DNA of 64,000 nucleotides, taken from the NCBI RefSeq assembly GCF_030028105.1, contig NC_092383.1, forward strand, positions 87,749,921 through 87,813,920, given 5' to 3'. This stretch comes from Mobula birostris (taxonomy: Eukaryota). Positions 50,801-61,047 of this stretch are shown piece by piece (positions within the stretch are counted from its first letter, which is position 1; every line of letters starts with the position of its first letter). The notes below the pieces were generated by a model. That model was not told the DNA's origin and did no database searches. It was given only the letters and a program-made list of their open reading frames with translations. The position numbers and the translations under genes were made by a program.

Positions 50801-53800
50801 CCCTCTTAGATCTCCAGTTTCCTAGCAGTGGGAGCTGGAGGTCATTAGAGACTTGGATAGCTCAGGGACAGGAATGGTTACTTCAAGTGCTGGGTTTTAG
50901 ATGTTTCAGAAAGGACAGGGAGGGAGGCAAAAGAGGTGTGGGTGTGGCACTGTTGATCAGAGATAGTGTCACGGCTGCAAATAGGTGCAGGCCATGGAGG
51001 GATTGTGTACGGAGTCTCTGTGCGTGGAGGTTAGGAAAAGGAAGGGGTCAATAACTTTACTGGGTGTTTTTTTATAGGCCGCCCAATAGTAACAGGGATA
51101 TCAAGGAGCAGATAGGGAAACAGATCCTGGAAAGGTGTAATAATAACAGTTGTTGCGATGGGAGATTTCAATTTCCCAAATATCCATTGGCACCTTCCTA
51201 GAGCAAGGGGTTTAGATGGGGTGGAGTTTGTTAGGTGTGTTCAGGAAGGTTTCTTGACACAATATGTAGATAAGCCTACAAGAGGAGAGGCTGTACTTGA
51301 TTTGGTATTGGGAAATGAACCTGGTCAGGTGTCAGATCTCTCAGTGGGAGGGCATCTTGGAGATAGTGATCATAATTCTGTCTCCTTTACAGTAGCATTG
51401 GAGAGAGATAGGAACAGACAAATTAGAAAAGCATTTAATTGGAGTAAGGGGAATTATGAGGCTATCAGGCAGGAAATTGGAGGCATAAATTGGAAACAGA
51501 TGTTCTCAGGGAAATATACGGAAGAAATGTGGCAAATACTCAGGGGGTATTTGTGTGGAGTTCTGCATAGGTACATTCCAATGAGACAGGGAGGTTATGG
51601 TAGGGTACAGGAACTGTGGTGTACAAAGGCTGTAATAAATCTAGTCAAGAAGAAAAGAAAAGCTTACAAAAGGTTCAGAGAGCTAGGTAATGTTAGAAAT
51701 CTAGAAGATTATGAGGCTAATAGGAAGAAGCTCAAGAAGGAAATTAGCAGAGCCAGAAGGGGCCATGAGAAGGCCTTGGTGGGCAGGATTAAGGAAAACT
51801 CCACGGCATCCTACAAGTATGTGAAAAGCAAGAGGATAAGACATGAAAAAAATAGGTCCTATCAATTATGACAGAGGGAAAGTGTGTATGGAACAGGAGG
51901 AAATAGCAGAGGAACTTAATGAATACTTTACTTCAGTATTCACTGTGAAAAGGATCTTGATGATTGTAGTGGTGACTTGCAGCAGACTGAAAAGCTTGAG
52001 CATGTAGATATTAAGAAAGAGGATGTGCTGGAGCTTTTGGAAAGCATCAAGTTGGATAAGTCGCTGGGACCGAATGAGATGTACCCCAGGCTACTGTGGG
52101 AGGAGAGGGAGGAGATTGCTGAGCTTCTGGCGATCCTCTTTGCATCATCAATGGGGACAGGAGAGGTTCTGGAGGATTGGAGGGTTGCAGATGTTGTTCC
52201 TTTATTCAAGGAAGGGAGTAGAGATAGCCCAGGAAATTATAGTCCAGTGAGTCTTACCTCAGTGGTTGGTAAGTTGATGGAGAAGATCCTGAGAGGCAGG
52301 ATTTATGAACATTTGGAGAGGTATAATACAATTAGTAGTAGTCATCATGGCTTTGTCAAGGGCAGGTCATGCCTTACGAGTCTAATTGAATTTTTTTAGG
52401 ATGTGACTAAACACATTGATGAAGGAAGAGCAGTAGATGTAGTGTATATGGATTTCAGCAAGGCACTTGATAAGGTACCCCATGCCAGGCTTATTAAGTA
52501 AGGAGGCATGGGATCCAAGGGGACATTGCTTTGTGGATCCAGAACTGGCTTGCCCACAGAAGGCAAAGAATAGTTGTAGATGGATCATATTCTGCATGGA
52601 GGTCAGTCACCAGTGGAGCACCTCAAGGATCTGTTCTAGGACCCTTACTCCTCATGATTTTTATAAATAACCTGGATGAGGAAGTAGAGGGATGGGTTAG
52701 TAAGTCTGCTGATGACACAAAGGTTGGGTGTTGTGGATAGTGTGGAGGGCTGTCAGAGTTTACAGCAGGACATTGATAGGATGCAAAACTGGGCTGAGAA
52801 GTGGCAGATGGAGTTCAACCCAGATAAGTGTGAGGTGGTTCATTTTGGCAAGTCAAATACGATGGCAGAATATAGTATTAATGGTAAGACACTTGGCAGT
52901 GTGGAGGATCAGAGGGATCTTGGGGTCCAAGTCCATAGGGCCCTCAAAGCAGCTGTGCAGGTTGTCTCTGTGGTTAAGAACACGTACGGTGTATTGGCAT
53001 TCATCAATCGTGGAATTGAATTTAGGAGCTGAGAGGTAATATTGCAGCTATATAGGACCCTGGTCAGACCCTACTTGGAGTACTGTGCTCAGTTCTGGTT
53101 GCCTCACTACAGGAAGGATGTGGAAGCCATAGAAAGTGTGCAGAGGAGATTTACAAGGATGTTGCCTGGACTGGGGAGCATGCCTTATCAGAATAGGTTG
53201 AATGAACTTGATCTTTTTTCCTTGGAGCAATGGAGGATGAGAGGTGACCTGATAGAGGTGTATAAGATGATGAGAGGCATAGATCCTGTGGATAGTTAGA
53301 GGCTTTTTCCCAAAGCTGAAATGTCTAGCACGAGAGGACACAGTTTTAAGGTGCTTGGAAGTAGGTACAGAGAAGATGTCAGGGGTTAAGTTTTTTTTCC
53401 CCCTCAGTGGTGAGTGTGTGGAATGGGCCGCCGGCAACTGTGGGGGAGGTAGATACAATAGGGTCTTTTAAGAGACTTTTAGATAGGTACATGGAGCTTA
53501 GTAAAATAGAGGGCTATAGGTAAGTCTAGTAATTTCTAAGGTAGGGACATGTTCGGCACAACCCTGTATTGTGCTGTAGGTTTTCTATGTTTCTATATCA
53601 GGCCTGTTCCCTGTACCAGCAGTGGACAGATCGGGCTCAGAGCCCCTCTACCTTCACCCCTCTCCTCAGTCCAATACAGGAATGCTGTGTCAGTGGCATC
53701 TAGATTGGTGACCAGCTCCAAGACTCCAGCCACAGGGGCAGGGTAATGACAGCAGTGGACATCCTTAGGTGAAGAGGTTAGATGTGGTCCTTGCTGCACC

Positions 53801-56800
53801 AGAGCTTTTCCTGAATTTGGGACACTCTCAGCAACATTCTATGACCAGGGACAAAGAATGGCCAAAGAATCTCCCTGAGAGTGCCCCAAATTCAGGAACC
53901 TCTGGGAGCGTCCCAAAAATCAGGAATATATTGTCACCCTTTTTTCTCTAATAACTGAAGACAACGCAAGCATGGACTCTCACAAGAAATAAACTCTCCA
54001 AATTGAAAGGAATGATTGCCAGGTCTCTTGCACATTGTCCTATCAGCCACAACCCCTTGATTGCCCCACCCTTCCTAGGTCAGACACAGCTGCAAGTCAC
54101 ACAACCGTGCTTCCACTGGCGATGTCTAACCAGACTGAGGCTCATGATAGAAGTTGGGGAATGTTTGAGAGCTCATAGGGCTTAGCCTGTATGAAGATGG
54201 CCTTGTCAGGAGGGAACCACAATGACCATCTGCAGTAAGATTTGAACCAAGGACCTTCAGGCACCGAGCAAGTGACCTAAGTGGGGCACTGCCCACACTT
54301 CATGGAGATGGGATAGAAACTGCTTTCAAACTTTCAATATTCAGATATTTTATCTACTTTACCCTCCAGAAAATGAGACAAGCACCATGGAAACTACTAA
54401 TGCAACCACATGGACCAGCTCATCTCAGAACGGAATTCCCACCAGGTTAGAAGGATCCACTGAGACTTTTGTTTCATTGATTCAGATCAGATCAGCCATT
54501 TCATGGGCCAACTCAGACTTCCACAGCTTTACCTCAATGTTGCAGTACTCTCAGGACAGCTCAAGATGAATATAGACAGCAATTTTTCCAGTGATCGCAG
54601 TGACTTGAAAGGAAAGAGTAGACGGTAGCTCAGGTTGGCTGCTTGTTTGTAGAGCTGTTCGCTGAGCCTGGCGGTTGGGTCACAAACGTTTCAACAGCAG
54701 TCGAGGTGACATCATCAGTGTGCAATTGAGTGCTGTTTCTGCCGAATGCTCGCGTTTGTATTGGTCTGACTCAGTGTTCTGATAGGTAGGCTGTCACACT
54801 GGCTACTAGTTTACATTAGGTCCAAGCGAAACAGATAGCTGAGTGATCACCGCTGGCTTGCTGGCCCATGTCCCTGGTTAGCAGTCACTGATCAGTGGTT
54901 CCTTGGGTGTTCCCTTGCCCCCGATCCCACAGACACACAGGTTCGTAATTTGCATCTAGTCCAATATGCTTGTTAATAGAGTCTTCTGTTGAGAACCAAA
55001 CTTTTAAGAATTCTCTTGTTTTCTTGTTTTGTGCTTCTGCGAGCACTCGGCAGAAACACCCAAATTGCGTATTGATGTTGTCACCTTGACTGGACACGAA
55101 ACCTTTGCGACCTAACCTCCGGGCTTGGTGAACAACCCAACCAAAGATCACAGTGATTTCATGATTAGCATTTTCTTTGCCTTAGTTGCACCTCATTGTA
55201 CACAGCAGAAATTCCCTCTTTTCAACACATTGAGAAGAAAATGCCTGAAGAACAGTCTCTGCAACCTGATCTTCCTCTCCTGGGGCTATCCAGGAATAAT
55301 TCTGGCAGAACACCAACATGGTGGACTTTACTCCAGCAGGATTGTCTGCACACAAAAGGTTCAAGGAAGGGGAAAACAACCCAGTAAATGTACATCAGTA
55401 TTCAACATGAAATCACTCTGATCGCTGGTAAAGCTCAAAGATTCCAAGTACACTTATTATCAAAGAATGTATAGATTATATAGCCTTGGCAGCCACAAAG
55501 CAAGAAACCCAAAAGAATCCAATTTTAAAAAGTAAAGACCAACCTTCAATGCATAGAAAAAGAGAAAAAAAAACAAATCGTGCAAACAAAAGCAGCGAGG
55601 AACAACAGCGGCATTTTGTACCAAGTTGAGTCCTTAGATCCAAATCCCCAGAGTAGGCTCAAAGACTAGGTATCAGCTCATCATGTTACCAGGGCGAATC
55701 GCCGCAAGGTTTGCAAATGCGAAACAGAGCAGCTGGAGCGACCTCACAGCCTCAGCGTCACAGTTGCTGACTATATTTATCTCCGCTATGCACTGTGATG
55801 GGGAAACAAGGTCTAGTGTGCATTAAGTATATAGAAATATATACATAGATATGATAACATTAATTTCACTCAGTTTCACTGGCAGTGCAACAGTTCCAAG
55901 GCGTGGGCATAGGTTGGAGAATCAGCACTCAACCAGTAGACTGCTCGATACTCCATGCATCACGTTGAATGATTTCATGTGCAATGTGAGGACAAGGCGT
56001 TTCCCAACTGTTACAGAATTCTCTGCGCGTTGTTAATTATGTTTCCTTTCTCCATCAGTGTCTGAGTTGAAAATTCACCATGATTTGGCTGTGATCCAGT
56101 TAATATTCTTCAGAGACCTGGCTTTTTGAACCATTTCAATAAAATGTATCTATCATTTGCTGATAACACATATTCGATAAAATGCATTTCTCAGTGGCAC
56201 TTACTGATTACTCTGTGTGTAACTAATGATATTTTCTTGGTTCATCAGGAACTATGTGTCAATAATTCATCATGTTTGGACTCTGACCCGTTGGATACTC
56301 CTCGGAGCTCTGCTTCTTTGCACTGTTTCAATACTTTGCATGACAGCTTTTCAAAGGTATATTGTTTCCAACCCCATCACTTCCACGTCGTATGATTCAC
56401 AATTAAAAGTGGAAGCTTCAAATTAGTCCTTGCTAATTAATTCAGACTGTCACATAAGCGTCTGTAACTGCAAACTAACGATTAGAGTGAAATGAAGGTG
56501 GAGATCCATTAATGGTTAAATGGCTTAAAGTGGCTGAAAGTAACAGTTAAAGGATACACATTAAAACAATATAATAGTTAAGCTAACATACTCCATATGT
56601 TATGCTTAGCTTTTCAGGGCCACAGAGGTTACTAGGCATTTGGAGATGTAAAATGCTCCTCACATGCACCAGGGATCCTGCTCACACAGCTCCACTCATA
56701 CCCAATTTAGCTTCACCACTGGCCAAGTATCTCACGTAGCTCAATAGACTAAGGACAGACGGTAGCATAATGCTTAATTCGACATCTTACAGCACCAGTG

Positions 56801-57514
56801 ATCACCGATCGCGGTTTAATTCCCACTGCTGTGAGGATATTTAAGTTCTCCCTGTTACCACATTGGTGTCCCTCCCCCTTTCCAAAGATGGACATGTTTG
56901 GGTTACTGAGGTGTGGGCATACTGTGTCGGCGTCAGAAGAGCAGTGACACTTGTGGGCTGCCCCCAGCACCATCCTCAGACTGTGTTGGTCGATGACACA
57001 AATGGCGTATTTCACTGTACGTTTTTACGTTTCGATGTACTTGTGTGAAATAAAGCTAATCTTTAACTCGTAAATGGAGCCTCACTCACAGAAGTAAGCC
57101 ATCCGCAATCCTTCATCGCTCCACCCAACCTCCAGCTCAGACAACTTCACACTACAACCACATATTTTCAGTTTCCCCAGGCAGATACAGAATGGCCCAA
57201 CCCCACTCAACTCAAACCACACAGTACCAACACCCACCACTGTAGAGTCCTTATTGCATTGTTCCAGCACCCACATAAAGAAATTATCACTAGTGTTTGC
57301 TGAAGAGAAATATCATCAACTATTCTGATCCTTCTCATCCCTCAATCCCTAACACTGGATTTTCTGTTTTTCTAGACAGGCTGGTGCGACGTGCCCTGAA
57401 AAACAGAACCCACAACACAGATGGATCAGTCCTAATGCAGGGTCTCGACCCAAAATGGCGACAGCATATTTTCACACCACAGATACAGCTCAACCTGTTG
57501 TATTCCTCCAATAG
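41732..57514 (+). CDS. Gene B: CD300/pIgR-like (MDIR-like) multi-V Ig receptor with TM Arg; predicted 355 aa when V3 is skipped
   Basis: Join 41732-41828, 43220-43543, 46934-47257, 54370-54445, 56249-56356, 57376-57514 = 1068 nt, open to TAG, all junctions GT-AG and phase-compatible. Confidence 0.85.
42430..42800 (+). mobile_element. Penelope-like terminal repeat upstream of the V1 cassette
   Basis: Pyrimidine-rich repeat homologous to 21100-21500 and 45330-45675. Confidence 0.8.
42717..42752 (+). ncRNA. Minimal type I hammerhead ribozyme motif (Penelope-derived)
   Basis: AGTC-CTGACGA-AGG(GTCTTGA)CCT-GAAAC-GTT-GACT: core CUGANGA and GAAA present, stem I AGTC/GACT, stem II AGG/CCT, self-complementary AACGTT stem III, GUU cleavage triplet. 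Confidence 0.65.
43220..43543 (+). CDS. Gene B V1 Ig exon, intact
   Basis: [107 protein letters not shown]. Has the B- and F-strand Cys, WC...C extra Cys pair and DxGxYxC motif typical of CD300/pIgR/TREM V domains. 324 nt, phase 1 to 1. Confidence 0.93.
44410..45675 (+). mobile_element. Penelope-like element (RT and GIY-YIG remnants plus terminal repeat) between V1 and V2
   Basis: [11 protein letters not shown] motif; DMSVLG...[23 protein letters not shown] endonuclease C-terminus. Confidence 0.85.
45702..46263 (-). mobile_element. RTE-related non-autonomous element with a 10-bp TSD
   Basis: Flanked by CCCAGTTTCA at 45692-45701 and 46264-46273; absent at the homologous position before V1 (~42810). 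Confidence 0.75.
46585..46850 (+). mobile_element. CR1 3' fragment inserted ~80 nt upstream of V2
   Basis: CR1 3' end with a (TTCTATG)n tail; absent upstream of V1 and V3. Confidence 0.8.
46934..47257 (+). CDS. Gene B V2 Ig exon, intact
   Basis: [107 protein letters not shown]. Boundaries CCCACAG| and |GTATGT. 28 of 107 residues differ from V1 by hand count. Confidence 0.93.
47925..48030 (+). pseudogene. Remnant of a deleted additional V cassette (exon 3' end, donor and start of intron)
   Basis: TTGAAG|GTATGTGTACAATTTG...TTCCCAAGTTTGAAAATCCC...CACTAACCACAACTCATGCCTCATCCCTGGG parallels the sequence after the V1, V2 and VA donors. Confidence 0.7.
49821..50144 (+). pseudogene. Gene B V3 Ig exon with in-frame nonsense codon (CGA to TGA at 49982-49984)
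   Basis: Full 324-nt phase 1/1 exon with intact acceptor (CCAACAG|) and donor (|GTACGT). The only lesion is TGA where V1 and V2 have CGA (Arg54). Confidence 0.92.
50846..53597 (+). mobile_element. CR1 ORF2 (5'-truncated in APE), between V3 and the stalk exon
   Basis: [32 protein letters not shown] and SADDTK motifs; same subfamily as 18540-20513. Confidence 0.95.
54370..54445 (+). CDS. Gene B mucin-like stalk exon (E)[24 protein letters not shown](R)
   Basis: Acceptor TTTACCCTCCAG|, donor CAG|GTTAGA, phase 1 to 2. Ser/Thr-rich with two N-glycosylation sequons (NET, NAT). Confidence 0.82.
54620..55145 (-). mobile_element. Penelope-like fragment of a second family with diverged inverted terminal repeats
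   Basis: Minus-strand [28 protein letters not shown] (GIY-YIG C-terminus); the reverse complement of 54650-54720 aligns with 55075-55140. Confidence 0.7.
56249..56356 (+). CDS. Gene B transmembrane exon (R)[35 protein letters not shown](R)
   Basis: Acceptor TTCATCAG|, donor AAG|GTATAT, phase 2 to 2. About 26-residue hydrophobic span with a single Arg; paralog of 32577-32684. Confidence 0.9.
57376..57514 (+). CDS. Gene B terminal cytoplasmic exon (R)[45 protein letters not shown]
   Basis: Same acceptor as gene A 34270, phase 2. The first ~35 nt align with the gene A tail exon; the rest resembles Penelope terminal-repeat sequence. Confidence 0.65.
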
Positions 57515-58046
57515 ATTTCTTATTGACCAGATTCCAGAATTTTGTAAATCCACAGATAGGTCAGTGCAGCATTTGCAGACTGATTAAGATCCAGAAAACC
57601 ACCAGAACAACTGACTTGAACACAAGGGATTCTTCAGGTGCTGGAAATGCAGAGCAGCACACACAAAATGCTGGATGAAGGCAGTATCTACAGAGAGAAA
57701 TAAAGTGTTGATATTTCAACATGAGATCGATGAAGTCGCTCAGCCAGAAATTTGACTATTCCCCTCCATTGATGCTGCCTGACCTGATGATTTCTTCCAG
57801 TATTTTGTGTGCGTTTTGATCAATCTCGCAAGCTGCTCTCAATACGATGCATTATTTTCCATTTTTACTGTATGAGTTTGTAAAACCCAGTGCAACCAAA
57901 GCAAATGATGTTCATCAAAATAATCCAGAGTGAATACAGTGACTGGATTTTGTAATGTTTGAACAATCCTTTGTAACAAGACAACAACAAATTTCATTTC
58001 CATAGCACCTAGAATGTCATGGTAAAGACTGAAGTAACATTGTCTG

Positions 58047-59296
58047 TGTCATAAGGGGGTGAGTTGGCAGATCCAAATGCAAGACATAGATACTGAAGAA
58101 CTAGGAACAGGACTTGACTAAAGACCTGGGACAAGAACACAGACTTGGACTAGGATATTGGCTAGGCAAGCAGGACCAGGACAAGGAACTGGGAACTAGG
58201 AGCCTGGGCTTGGACTCCGAGCCAGAGACTGGACAAGGACCCAGAACCTGAGTCTTGACTCGGGCTCGGACCCCGGAACTAGGTGAAGACATGACGTGGT
58301 CCTGGGAGACAGAACTAGGCGAGGCTACAGGACAGAACGAGAGACTCTTGGGCAAGAAGAGGGAACTCCGGCACAGGACGAGAGCACAAAGCTTTGACTT
58401 GGTACTCAGGAATAGCAGAGCCTTGGATTTGCGATGACAGGAACCTAGGAACCTTGGGACGACAGGAACACACAACACAGAGCCTTAGTCTTGGGGAGGA
58501 CAGAAACACTCTCGAGCTTGGTCTAGAGCACAGGAACACAGAGCCTTGGACTTGAGAGACAGGAACACAGGGACACGGAACACAGAGCCAGGACTCTTCC
58601 TTGAGAACAGGACTGAGGGCTGGGACTCTACACAGAATGCTGAACACGACAAGACAGTTCCCAACACTAGGTACGGCAAATAGCCGAACCTACCTAGCGA
58701 GGGCATGGACACAGATACAGTTCCAACTTAACTATAGACAGTTCCTTATCTTGACACAGCAAGGCTCCAGTCTCACTCCAGTGNNNNNNNNNNNNNNNNN
58801 NNNNNNNNNNNNNNNNNNNNNNNNNNNNNNNNNNNNNNNNNNNNNNNNNNNNNNNNNNNNNNNNNNNNNNNNNNNNNNNNNNNNNNNNNNNNNNNNNNNN
58901 NNNNNNNNNNNNNNNNNNNNNNNNNNNNNNNNNNNNNNNNNNNNNNNNNNNNNNNNNNNNNNNNNNNNNNNNNNNNNNNNNNNNNNNNNNNNNNNNNNNN
59001 NNNNNNNNNNNNNNNNNNNNNNNNNNNNNNNNNNNNNNNNNNNNNNNNNNNNNNNNNNNNNGGGTAACAACAAAGCCAGCCTGACTTACTCCACAGAGGT
59101 GAGGACGGGATACTGACAAGACAAGCCAGCAACCACACTCAGTCCCAGGGCCACTTATATTCCCAGCCCCAAGACGAGCATCAGGTGCCTATGATTAAGC
59201 CCAACTGAAACAAGGGACATCCAGAAGACCCGGAGTCTGGAGTCCAAGGACCGGACCGGGGACCGGAACACAGACCTCACAGACTGGACCATGACA
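58047..59296 (-). mobile_element. Solo LTR (Gypsy-like) with internal tandem repeats
   Basis: Termini TGTCAT...ATGACA, exact 5-bp TSD GTCTG (58042-58046 and 59297-59301), TATA-like AATATAAG on the minus strand, internal GGAACACAGAGCC-type repeats. Confidence 0.85.
58784..59061. other. Assembly gap (278 N) inside the solo LTR
   Basis: Run of N. Confidence 1.
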
Positions 59297-60071
59297 GTCT
59301 GACAATTTTTGTCATGGAGTCACATGTGACCAAAAACAATCTGGTGGGATTTAACAAGCATTTAAAGTGACCCAGAGAGCTGTAGGGAAGGAATTCCAAG
59401 AACTCAGGATCTGGGCCATGGAAGGTACAAATTAGAGATGAAAAGTGGTTCAGAACTGGAAGTTTCCACGTATTTCAGAGCTTCAAGAGATGCCAAGTGT
59501 CCCATATTGTAAAGGATAATCTCTATCTGAACGGAATTGTGTTAGTACAGGGTCATTTTTACTGTGAAACCAGTGTGTTAGGCCTCTATATCACCAGGAC
59601 AGCTCCAGCTCCATAGATTGGGTGATAAGTGATTTTACAACTGTTGAGCCAGATGACCAGGAGGATCACTGGTGAGGCTGCAACTGAAGAACCAAAATAA
59701 GGACAATATATCCCCGATGACTCTCCAGACCCCAGAGCCTGTTCAGTGTCAGCTACACTTCCCAAAACTGACCGGCCAATCTTCTATGAGATGCTGGAAT
59801 TAAATAATATTGATGTGAGCCAGCCCAGAGCACAAACAATGTCATTTCAGGCTATCAGGAAGAAGCCTGGGTTGGGCTTATCTAATGCTGGAGCTGCCTG
59901 TCATCCCAATAAGGTCAATTAAAGAGGTCCCATGGGTTGCTAATTTCCAGGAACTAAATGCCCTGTCCCAGACTCAATTCTACTTGGTACAATGGTTAGA
60001 CAGGGCATCGTGTATACAGAGCTGATCATTTTCCAGAAAAACACTCAGAAAGTGGCTTGGAGCTGGACAGG

Positions 60072-60212
60072 GAAATCTACTGGAGGAATACAACAGGTTG
60101 AGCTGTATCTGTGGTGTGAAAATATGCTGTCGCCATTTTGGGTCGAGACCCTGCATTAGGACTGATCCATCTGTGTTGTGGGTTCTGTTTTTCAGGGCAC
60201 GTCGCACCAGCC
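60072..60212 (-). repeat. 141-bp inverted copy of 57379-57519 (gene B last exon)
   Basis: Base-by-base comparison gives 140/141 identity; the only mismatch is 57511/60080. Confidence 0.95.
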
Positions 60213-60901
60213 AACCTGGGAATGCCACAGTGGACCGCTCACGAAGTGGTGGATGCAGGTTCCATTTCAATATTCAAGAGAAATTTGGATAAGTACATGG
60301 ATGGGACGGGCATGGAGGACTACAGTCTGTGTGAAGGTTGATGGGTCTAGGCAGATTAATAGTTCAGCATAAACTAGATGGGCTGAAGGGCTTGTTTCCA
60401 TACTGTAGTGTTCACTGACTCTATGTCTCTATGACACTCTCTACACACTGCATGGGAAAACGTTGAATAATAGGACACTCTAATAAAAATGTGTGCAACC
60501 CAACCTTTGGAAACAGATGTTCTTCTGAAATCAGGAAGCACCACAAGCTCTTCTTAGTTTCACATTTGCAGAATTTGTGCCAATGTCTCCCTTCCGCTAA
60601 AAATCATCTGCTCACCTACAATAAATTGCAACACAGTGGGCCCTGGTAGCTTGAGCACATCTGCACAGTGGGCTTTACCCAGTCTCTGAAGATCAGGTTA
60701 CTGAATTCCTCGATGGTAACTGGTGATTGATCTGATCACACATCTCCACACCGGCTCCTTACACTACACAATGGGGAATGTGCTGTCCACTGCCCTCATT
60801 ACCAGTGACTGGACAGAGAATTGAATGATGTTATGTTTCAGGGACTGGATGACGTGCAGTGTGAAGATGTTCCCGAGCTGCCAGTATCCATGGCAGACAG
60901 T

Positions 60902-61047
60902 TTATTTCATGTGAGTGGCTACTTTAACTGTAATAGGCTGAGCTTGAGGTTTGGAATCTGCTCCAAGCTTCTGGGACACCGTTCCCTGGTTTTCCTCCCG
61001 CACAGCCTGGGTCTCTGTATTGGACTGAATCCTTTTGTTTCCTACTT
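60902..61047 (-). CDS. Candidate terminal exon of a convergent downstream gene (VGNKRIQSNTETQAVREENQGTVSQKLGADSKPQAQPITVKVATHMK*)
   Basis: Minus-strand acceptor TACTCCCTCTGGTTAG|, 47 hydrophilic codons, stop overlapping AATAAA. No homolog recognised. Confidence 0.3.

Noticed and set aside
18540-53597. Sense-strand bias of large CR1 insertions within the genes
   Set aside because: Too few elements to be meaningful, and minus-strand copies also occur.
56357-56426. TM exon read-through tail with a YDSQ (YxxQ) motif
   Set aside because: A good donor exists at 56357 and a phase-matched downstream exon is shared by both genes. Gene A's read-through lacks the Tyr motif, so this is probably intron sequence.
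41732-57514. Calling gene B PIGR or a specific CD300 ortholog
   Set aside because: Family-level motifs are clear, but orthology needs phylogeny and synteny. The TM Arg and tail do not match pIgR, so no gene symbol is given.
58101-59138. Several long ORFs
   Set aside because: They come from LTR internal tandem repeats and the N run.
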